DNA from: a phage
Sequence record: QB031384.1
Length of the DNA: 42,708 nucleotides
Direction: 5' to 3' (one strand)
Shown here: positions 36,136 through 42,708 of the stretch, piece by piece
Numbering within the stretch: position 1 is the first letter of the stretch
How the letters are laid out: each line of letters starts with the position of its first letter
Program-made: the position numbers and the translations under genes
Notes under the pieces: model-generated
The model's input: the letters and a program-made list of their open reading frames with translations, nothing else
Databases searched by the model: none
Told to the model about the DNA's origin: nothing

Positions 36136-36909
36136 CTAACAAACTTCAGTGTCCTTACCTACTGCCTCAGATTGTAAGCGGACTAGCTCAATCTCTATCT
36201 CCTCCCAACTCTTAGAAGAGTAATCAGAATCTTCATACTCATCGCTAGTCATCCACTTACTATAGCGCTTGATACCATACTTCGTACGCACTATAGGAGT
36301 AGTATCTAATCCTTCACAATGGTTATTAGGATACGCTACTGAGCAGTTTAACCCGCCTAAAGAACCTTCAGCTATATCTATAGCTAAGCCTAAGCGTGCT
36401 TCCTTACCTCCAACTATACCATCACTATAAGGATACTCTGCACCTGCATTAACAGTACGTATAAAGTTAAGCTCATAAGCCCATATCATGTCAGCAGCAG
36501 CGTAAGGTGCTATAACAGCAGCTACACTACGCAAAGCCTTACTGAGCCTCCTAGACTCTGTACCACTACAACTACAGTACTTCTTAATACTGGCAGGAGT
36601 ATAGTCTGGTAGAGTCTTAGAGAGCCATAGCAGTTGTTCTATCTTCCCAATGTCCTTACTACTCCAGTCCTTAGTAAGCGCTACGGCAGCTCCATATAAA
36701 GCAAGAACATCAGCAGGTACTGTATCTATATCCTTACCTGTAAGATACGCAGACAACAGCGTAGAGTCAGCCTGCCTGTACTCTCGCAGCTGCTTACGCT
36801 TAGCTGTTATCTCCTTAGAGCTTTGAACTACAGCACCAGTAACTTGATTAACCCAACCATTTCTTCCCTGCTTCCAGAGATTACCGTTTACATCTATCTT
36901 AGTAGCCAT
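36136..36909 (-). CDS. First early protein (257 aa from SD-supported ATG), function unknown; acidic C-terminus
   Basis: The ORF track starts at 36924, but the second ATG (36909) has a GAGGT SD 6 nt upstream. It is the first gene after the putative genome end; C-terminus is acidic (DEYEDSDYSS, EEIEIE). Confidence 0.55.
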   Translation of the reverse strand: MATKIDVNGNLWKQGRNGWVNQVTGAVVQSSKEITAKRKQLREYRQADSTLLSAYLTGKDIDTVPADVLALYGAAVALTKDWSSKDIGKIEQLLWLSKTLPDYTPASIKKYCSCSGTESRRLSKALRSVAAVIAPYAAADMIWAYELNFIRTVNAGAEYPYSDGIVGGKEARLGLAIDIAEGSLGGLNCSVAYPNNHCEGLDTTPIVRTKYGIKRYSKWMTSDEYEDSDYSSKSWEEIEIELVRLQSEAVGKDTEVC

Positions 36910-37093
36910 CCTATACCTCTGCATGTAGTAAAAACTCGCACTATATATATAACAGTACTTAGTTCATTGACTCACCTGATTGTTAAAGAACTACCTATAC
37001 TACCTATAATATCACAGCGCTAACCCTGCATCAAGCATTGCACAGCCTGGGAGCAAAAGAGGTAAGCCCGGAGGCATAGCAGCGGCATGCAGC

Positions 37094-37187
37094 AGAGATA
37101 CAGTAGAGATACAGTACTGAACAAGGTGCTGAACAAAATAGGCAAAAGCATCTCAGAGCATCTCCCTGTGCTCGACAAAATAGGCAA
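37094..37187. repeat. Cluster of short direct repeats in the non-coding putative terminal region
   Basis: agagatacagt is tandemly duplicated (37094-37115); ctgaacaa occurs twice; acaaaataggcaa occurs twice 42 bp apart; agcatctc occurs twice. Confidence 0.5.
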
Positions 37188-37354
37188 GACTAACCTCTCC
37201 CGCACCCTCAACAGAGAGCGCAGAGACAGCCAGCCAAGCCAGGTCCTGCCAGAGATACGCAGAGGCACCCCCTACCCTCCCTCCAGAAGATTCCCAGAGG
37301 CCGCCCCTACGGGGGGAACAGCGCGTTGGTCGGGTGAGGGAGGGCCTCGTGTGA

Positions 37355-37391
37355 GTATAATAAATTCAAGGTGCTTGTTTACACGAGCACC
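37355..37391 (-). terminator. Putative rho-independent terminator after the last gene (tailspike)
   Basis: On the minus strand: stem GGUGCU/AGCACC (37370-37375 paired with 37386-37391), 10-nt loop, then UUGAAUUUAUUAU. Stem is short and the U-tract is interrupted. Confidence 0.4.
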
Positions 37392-37416
37392 CTGATGCTT
37401 CTCAGGTACATCCCCT

Positions 37417-39162
37417 TTAGTTATTGCGTCCTGTAAGAAGTACTGCATGATCATACGTGTGCTGCACCCCATCCAGCTGCATGCACAGACCTATTAACTG
37501 ACCGTTACTGCTGCCGGAATAACTAGCAGGAGCATCAAACTGACCTGAGATACCGCGTCTATCCAGGGCATCTGCACGAGCAACCCAACTGTAGTTACCT
37601 GGAGCAGCACTACGCTGTACGCCCGACCCAGCGGGTAAAGTAAAGCTAAGCTGTTTAGGGAAGCTACAGCGTAAGTTCAGAGGAGGTGCACCGCCATCTT
37701 CGAAGAACAATGCATTCCCTGAGCTGGTAGCCCAGTTAGAAGGGAATACTTCTACAGTACAGTCGCTGAAGCTCGTGCCAGGACGAAAGTACATGAAGCT
37801 GTAAAGTTCTGAGCTAGGGTGGCGCATCCTGATACTGATGTTGCAGCGGGTCATGCTTGAGATACGTTGTGTTTCAAACAAGTTCAGTCCGGTACGAGTA
37901 CCAGTATTAGTATCGCCGATGATGTTACTTGCATCCCAATTGAAGCGTTCTACCTGAACAGTACGGGGAGACGGTAACTCCGAGACCATAGCTTGTTTAA
38001 CATCGAAGAAGTTATCCTGGAACACTATGCCCTGAATACTACCGTTCATAGTAATGGCTGCGCTCAGGCTACGGCTGCGGTCTACAATGAAGCTACAACC
38101 ACGTACAGTAACATCATTAATGAGATACTGGCTTGAGTCGGAGTTAGAGTCCTGAAAGAAGTCTACGAAGCTGCACATACCCGGGTGGTTACCTGAAGTG
38201 AACCGACAATTCTCTACAGTAAAGCCGTTAATATGCGTAGTAGCTACTGCATCTGGACCTGCTGCAAAGATAACAACCTGACCTGATACGTCCCCAGTTA
38301 CCCCGGACATAACAGAGTTGTAAAGGTACGTACCAGCACCCTCTGACTCTGCGCCGTGCAGTGCTACATAGCAGCCGCGGGTATATCCTGAAATGAAAGA
38401 ATCGCGATAGTACGTATTATGCTGGTGCAGTTCTACAGTAGCAGCAATTACACGTGCACGGGCAGAATTAGCCCGGAATGTACAGCCTGTGACACCACTA
38501 AATGGTGCGTTTACATATACAGTACTGTGGTCACGGTTTACATCGCTCTGAATCAGGTTAAGGAACCGGCAGTTACGTACATGCGTATCTGAGCCGTACC
38601 CGTTCCAGCCAATAGTAACGCCCCATGTAACGTCCCCGTTCTGGAAGGTAATGCCATCTACGCTACAGTTATACCCGCGTCCGAATGCGATACCATTGCG
38701 GAGATGCCCGGCGTTAGCGAAGTCGTAACCGCCAAAGTCAATAGTACCCTCGCCATAAATATGGCAGTTATCAAGGTTGCCCGAGTTAGCTGGGTTACCA
38801 TCAGTAAAGCCTACGAAGACTTGGAAGGAACTATTAGCTAAAGCAGGGCCTACTTTAATAGTACCGTCCAGTTTAATACTTACATTGCTTTTAAGCTGGA
38901 TAAGACCGCTATGCCCTGAAACTGGGCCAGTGCTAATGCTGTTCAGCGTCCATGTACCTTCCGGGATAACTAGTAAACCGCCACCTACTGACTCTATGTA
39001 ATCAATAGCTGCCTGCATACCTTCTCGGGCATCAGCTACGTCGGGAGTAATCCACTGGCGCAGGTTATACCCATTATCATTGAGGTAGGTGCTAAGCTGT
39101 AAACCTGAATGGTCTACATGCAGCGTATCCAGTTCGACTTCAACTAACTTTACTAAGGTCAT
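37417..39162 (-). CDS. Tailspike / polysaccharide depolymerase with right-handed beta-helix (pectate-lyase-like), no N-terminal particle-anchor domain
   Basis: 581-aa ORF with N-terminal REGMQAAIDYIESVGGGLLVIPEGTWTLNS, then Gly/Asn/Thr-rich repeats typical of parallel beta-helices. No gp17-like adaptor region. Last gene before the putative genome end. Confidence 0.7.
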   Translation of the reverse strand: MTLVKLVEVELDTLHVDHSGLQLSTYLNDNGYNLRQWITPDVADAREGMQAAIDYIESVGGGLLVIPEGTWTLNSISTGPVSGHSGLIQLKSNVSIKLDGTIKVGPALANSSFQVFVGFTDGNPANSGNLDNCHIYGEGTIDFGGYDFANAGHLRNGIAFGRGYNCSVDGITFQNGDVTWGVTIGWNGYGSDTHVRNCRFLNLIQSDVNRDHSTVYVNAPFSGVTGCTFRANSARARVIAATVELHQHNTYYRDSFISGYTRGCYVALHGAESEGAGTYLYNSVMSGVTGDVSGQVVIFAAGPDAVATTHINGFTVENCRFTSGNHPGMCSFVDFFQDSNSDSSQYLINDVTVRGCSFIVDRSRSLSAAITMNGSIQGIVFQDNFFDVKQAMVSELPSPRTVQVERFNWDASNIIGDTNTGTRTGLNLFETQRISSMTRCNISIRMRHPSSELYSFMYFRPGTSFSDCTVEVFPSNWATSSGNALFFEDGGAPPLNLRCSFPKQLSFTLPAGSGVQRSAAPGNYSWVARADALDRRGISGQFDAPASYSGSSNGQLIGLCMQLDGVQHTYDHAVLLTGRNN

Positions 39163-39171
39163 ACCTGTTCC

Positions 39172-39735
39172 TTATTTAGGCATAGCAGCTACTGCTGCTT
39201 GCATAGATTTAAATTCGTTGCCAATAGCTTTGGCTTCCCACTTACGGCGCTCCCAGAGCCCGTAGCAGACCTTATTAGGTTTACCCTTTACCAACATACT
39301 ACAGTCGTACTTAACCCCGTTACGGGTGATATAGCGCCAGCTAAGTACAGCCTTAGCTGCACCTTTAGTATCGCCTTGCATTAGCTTTCGCTTCGCGGTA
39401 CTGTTCTTGAAACCTGAGATACCGGTGTTATAGGTCATGTCCAAAGCACCAAGAATCTGTACGTCCGTAAGGGACATAGGAAGCCCGTCAAGAGCCTTAG
39501 CATGCTCCCCAGCTGATTGTATCAGTTGTTGCTTACACTGCGTCAGAGTGGCTGTATCGCCCATCCTAACGCCCTTAGTCTCACCATAGCAGATAGTAGG
39601 TACTCCGGCGGAGTCCTTGTATGCCTTAAGGGAGAGACCTTCGTTATGCTGTATCACCATAGCGATACTGGCGCCCAGCAGGGAAGTCCCTGCCAGCGCC
39701 GCCTTAACCTTGTTGCTTATGCTCATAGTATTCAA
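39172..39735 (-). CDS. Endolysin, lysozyme family (GH24-like) with N-terminal signal or signal-anchor-release segment
   Basis: 187-aa ORF with catalytic-region pattern EGLSLKAYKDSAGVPTICYGET (E ... D ... T) preceded by the weakly hydrophobic N-terminus KVKAALAGTSLLGASIAMVI. Confidence 0.8.
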   Translation of the reverse strand: MNTMSISNKVKAALAGTSLLGASIAMVIQHNEGLSLKAYKDSAGVPTICYGETKGVRMGDTATLTQCKQQLIQSAGEHAKALDGLPMSLTDVQILGALDMTYNTGISGFKNSTAKRKLMQGDTKGAAKAVLSWRYITRNGVKYDCSMLVKGKPNKVCYGLWERRKWEAKAIGNEFKSMQAAVAAMPK

Positions 39736-39952
39736 GGCCCTTCTCTAAGGCTCGCTCCTTGAGCTTGTACTCTTTGTGCCTGTAGTATGCGTTCCATGCA
39801 AAGGTCAGTACAGCTACAACCGTACCGACTATGAAGGAGATTGTCCCCCAGTTCCAAGACATTATGTTTGCCATCCAACCGCCGCCCATAGTAGCGACTG
39901 ACACATTCGTTCCTACACGGGTGATAGTTTCCCCGTTAATTGGTAGACTCAT
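39704..39952 (-). CDS. Putative holin (82 aa from SD-supported internal ATG; the ORF track extends it to 40027)
   Basis: Hydrophobic helix WGTISFIVGTVVAVLTFAW followed by a charged C-terminus, immediately upstream of the endolysin. The ATG at 39952 has AAGGA 9 nt upstream. Confidence 0.4.
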   Translation of the reverse strand: MSLPINGETITRVGTNVSVATMGGGWMANIMSWNWGTISFIVGTVVAVLTFAWNAYYRHKEYKLKERALEKGLEYYEHKQQG

Positions 39953-40361
39953 CGCTTTCGTCCTTAGTTCTTCCGAGTTTGCGGAACAACAGGACAATGA
40001 TGAGGATTGCGATTGGAACCGCTGCACCTGCCAGTCCTGCTAGAATTATGCTAGTACCGTCATTGTTAACAACCTGTACTCGCTCCGTGTTAATGGTTCC
40101 AGTAGTAACTGAACTGGACTGCTTCTTGGTAGAAGTATCCAGCGTGCCTACGTTAGAATCTTTAATTGATGTTTCATTGTCCGTGCTGGAGTCGGACTTG
40201 CCATTAAGGCCTACAGTTTGTTTCGTATTCTCTGCGCCAGCTTGCACGGACAGGTCTGGCTTAGAGCCAATAAGACCTGTCAATGCAGAGGTCGCTGAGC
40301 AGCCTACCAAACACCCTGTAAGAGCCGTAGCGAGGACTAACCCAGCGACCTTAGCCCGCAT
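39936..40361 (-). CDS. Lipoprotein with C-terminal transmembrane helix (unimolecular-spanin-like)
   Basis: 141-aa ORF. N-terminal signal with lipobox LTGC, a Ser/Thr-rich middle, then C-terminal TMD IILAGLAGAAVPIAILIIVLLF and a charged tail. Confidence 0.5.
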   Translation of the reverse strand: MRAKVAGLVLATALTGCLVGCSATSALTGLIGSKPDLSVQAGAENTKQTVGLNGKSDSSTDNETSIKDSNVGTLDTSTKKQSSSVTTGTINTERVQVVNNDGTSIILAGLAGAAVPIAILIIVLLFRKLGRTKDESDESTN

Positions 40362-40543
40362 CAGGCTGCTGCTTTAACGGCAGCGATAGCCGCTTCCAGA
40401 GCCGCTACTTTAGCATCGTATGCAGCGCCTACAGAGTTCACATCCAGAGGCTGGGTCATAATCTTATAAACCTCCTTAGCGTGAATAGTAAGTTGACGCT
40501 GAAGCTCAATCTTCTGAGCGGGGGTAGCTTTTGCAATTGCCAT
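40361..40543 (-). CDS. Hypothetical protein (60 aa, Ala-rich)
   Basis: ORF-track ORF between terminase large subunit and the lysis genes. No motif recognised. Confidence 0.4.
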   Translation of the reverse strand: MAIAKATPAQKIELQRQLTIHAKEVYKIMTQPLDVNSVGAAYDAKVAALEAAIAAVKAAA

Positions 40544-40569
40544 GTTATATCTCCTTAATTAATATTTAA

Positions 40570-42393
40570 TTAATATTTGATGCGTGCGCTCGCACCACGC
40601 TTGCGCTTGTGCACCATTGACTTCTTCCAGCCCATAGGGTTATCCATAAAGTCTAACGCCTTCTTAAGCTGGTCCTTCTCTGCTGCCTGCTTCTCATCCT
40701 CTACGAGGTGCGAGTTCAGTTCAGCTACGAGCATACTAATAGCGTCTGCCCGGTCATCCTTCGCTAGGCTACCACGGTCATAAGTAATACCAGATAACTG
40801 CTGGAACGCACTGTAAAGCCAGCGCTTATCACGACTGTACTGCATACAGTATTTGATATCGTCTTCCAGCGCCCTAGCGTGCACTACAAAGCGGTGACGA
40901 CGCGTAACAGGGGAGATAGTATCAATGATACGTTTCTCCTTCTGGGACGTGTTATAACCGCCCCTGACACCAATGCCGGGCATACTACGCTCACGCAGAC
41001 GGTTTATAATCAAAGATTCTACCGTGCCGTGACCCATGTTACGCTCGACAAAGATGTCAGTAATACCCATCTCGACCGCTAGGTCAATCAAGGTATCTAC
41101 GTTCTCTGTGCTAAGCCCACCCTGCAACCCGCCTACAGTAAAGAGGTGGATGTAAGAGCTAACTGCACCACCGGCTGCAAAGGATACTTCATCACCACCG
41201 TTACCAGCAGGGTCAAGTACCAGCAGCTTGTGCTTGTAGTTGAGCATATGCTCCCCTATGTGGCTCGGCACATACAGTTGCTGACCTCGAATACCTTCGT
41301 GTTCCTCTCCGTAGAGATAGCGCTTATCAGCCATGTAGTTCAGTCGGTCAGGTGCTGCATCATGCGAGCCAGTGTAAATCAAAGCGTCACTGAGTTTAAT
41401 CTTGGTACGTAGTGCATCGGACATGGTTGTGTCGAGCATATACTGTAATTGGAACCCTTCTGGGCCGAAGTCCAGTTCCTTCTCAATCAAGGCTTCCTCG
41501 TTATAACGTCCTTTATCGGTGCATTCACCTAACGTACCATCCAACCCAAAGCCTGTTTCTTTATACCCTGCGTCGATGAGGGTTTGAATATACGGGGCAA
41601 GGGTTTCTCCGTAACGCTCGCGCATCTCCTGATTAGGAATACGTCCAGGCCATACACGTACCTCGAAGCCACGACCCGGCAGTGTCTTGTAGATACTCTC
41701 CTTAGTCTGAGGAGTACCGAGGTACAGGGTATCACCGTGCGTACAGATAGCTGCAAAGTCTTTAGAGATGTTCAGTAACTGCTCACGCATTGTCTGCGTC
41801 AGGCCGTTCTTGGTTGTTTCAATATCGTCAGGAATCAGGAGGTCAGCACGTTTACCCTGAAGCTGCGCGGTAATACCAACACAAGCAATAGAGGCTGACT
41901 TATCCAGAGGTTTCAAATCGCAGTTAATGTCGTACCCTTCATAAGAGGTACGGTCACCACGGGTAGGGTCTGCTTTCAGGTAACAGAGCAGAGGCCACGT
42001 CTCAATCATACGAATGACAAGCGTAGCTACTTCGGATGCCTGCTTCTCACCGCCAGAGACGATAAGAATACGTGTACGCTGGTCTTGAATAAGCCGCCAT
42101 ACAGCGTACAGGGCAGCCAACGTGGATTTTGCTTCGCCTCGTTGTGCAGCTACCATGCGCTTACGCGGACCGTGCTGCATGAAGTCAGCAATATCACGCT
42201 GCATCTCCGTCAGGTCAAAGCCTAGGAACTTCATACCTAAGTATGCAAACTCCCGGAAGTCCTTCAGGGTAACAGCCATCATCAGTGCTACTTCCTCGCG
42301 CTGGTCCTTAGGGATAGTGCGGGGACTGTCATTCATTACTGTAGTGCGTTGAGATATTAGTTTCAATCGGTTCAGTGTAGTAGGACTAATCAC
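40570..42393 (-). CDS. Terminase large subunit (T7 gp19-like)
   Basis: 607-aa ORF (T7 gp19 is about 586 aa) with ATPase-like N-terminal half and nuclease-like C-terminal half, directly after the small-subunit gene. Confidence 0.85.
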   Translation of the reverse strand: MISPTTLNRLKLISQRTTVMNDSPRTIPKDQREEVALMMAVTLKDFREFAYLGMKFLGFDLTEMQRDIADFMQHGPRKRMVAAQRGEAKSTLAALYAVWRLIQDQRTRILIVSGGEKQASEVATLVIRMIETWPLLCYLKADPTRGDRTSYEGYDINCDLKPLDKSASIACVGITAQLQGKRADLLIPDDIETTKNGLTQTMREQLLNISKDFAAICTHGDTLYLGTPQTKESIYKTLPGRGFEVRVWPGRIPNQEMRERYGETLAPYIQTLIDAGYKETGFGLDGTLGECTDKGRYNEEALIEKELDFGPEGFQLQYMLDTTMSDALRTKIKLSDALIYTGSHDAAPDRLNYMADKRYLYGEEHEGIRGQQLYVPSHIGEHMLNYKHKLLVLDPAGNGGDEVSFAAGGAVSSYIHLFTVGGLQGGLSTENVDTLIDLAVEMGITDIFVERNMGHGTVESLIINRLRERSMPGIGVRGGYNTSQKEKRIIDTISPVTRRHRFVVHARALEDDIKYCMQYSRDKRWLYSAFQQLSGITYDRGSLAKDDRADAISMLVAELNSHLVEDEKQAAEKDQLKKALDFMDNPMGWKKSMVHKRKRGASARIKY

Positions 42394-42408
42394 CGCATAT
42401 TCCTTTTA

Positions 42409-42708
42409 TTATAAGATTCCAGCTAATGGGTCATCAGGGTCTGCACCAGCTTTCGCCAGTAGCCCCTGCGCCCGTGCCTTACGTTTCTCTGCTAACTCAT
42501 CTTGGAACTCATCACGTAGCTCCTGCATCTCCGTAGAGTCTGCATCTGCTGTAACGTCGTTGTCCTTAAGGAATTTAGCGATTACTGATTTGTCAGCAGC
42601 AGGCATAGGAAGCTCTTCATCCTGAGCCTGCTTTAATTCTGAGATGAGTACCTCGGTGAACATCTTGTGAAGTTCAGCGAGGCGACTCTTTGTAGCCGCC
42701 TTAGCCAT
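42409..42708 (-). CDS. Terminase small subunit-like protein (T7 gp18 analogue)
   Basis: 99-aa acidic, helical ORF immediately upstream of the large subunit. Its ATG is the last 3 nt of the window, so its SD would lie across the window junction. Confidence 0.55.
   Translation of the reverse strand: MAKAATKSRLAELHKMFTEVLISELKQAQDEELPMPAADKSVIAKFLKDNDVTADADSTEMQELRDEFQDELAEKRKARAQGLLAKAGADPDDPLAGIL

Noticed and set aside
37020-37395. ORFs in the terminal non-coding region (37087-37395 plus strand, 102 aa; 37020-37268 minus strand, 82 aa)
   Set aside because: Low-complexity Pro/Arg/Ser-rich translations, no SD, overlapping each other within a repeat-rich region best explained as the genome terminus.
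1-42708. Temperate lifestyle or prophage context (integrase, repressor, att sites), and tRNA genes
   Set aside because: No integrase or repressor-like ORF and no tRNA-like structure was recognised. The Rha-like gene alone is not evidence of lysogeny.

Overview
The window reads as a complete, circularly permuted genome (about 42.7 kb) of a phiKMV-like podovirus (Autographiviridae), with essentially every gene on the minus strand. Reading the minus strand from high to low coordinates: terminase small and large subunits (42708-40570), a lysis cassette (lipoprotein with C-terminal TMD, holin-like protein, lysozyme-family endolysin; 40361-39172), a beta-helix tailspike (39162-37417), a repeat-rich non-coding region that probably holds the physical genome ends (37416-36925), early genes, a replication module (primase, helicase, family A DNA polymerase in two overlapping frames, phosphoesterase, 5'-3' exonuclease, endonuclease VII), a single-subunit RNA polymerase placed immediately before the structural module (21032-18582), then portal, scaffold, capsid, tail tubular A/B, internal virion proteins and a 1082-aa tail fiber (3251-3). 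The window ends join cleanly: tail fiber stop, 2 nt, terminase small ATG. Most notable findings: (1) two paralogous pentapeptide-repeat proteins encoded by near-perfect 15-bp tandem DNA repeats, candidate DNA-mimic host-takeover or anti-defence factors; (2) a triplicated cassette of a sigma70-like promoter plus a conserved structured 5' leader whose stems covary between copies; (3) a 40-bp promoter-like element present twice in inverted orientation, one copy pointing antisense into an HNH endonuclease gene; (4) the split DNA polymerase; (5) two HNH-AP2 endonucleases; (6) several SD-supported small ORFs below the 60-aa cutoff of the ORF track. All protein calls rest on motif recognition by eye and T7/phiKMV synteny; no database search was run.
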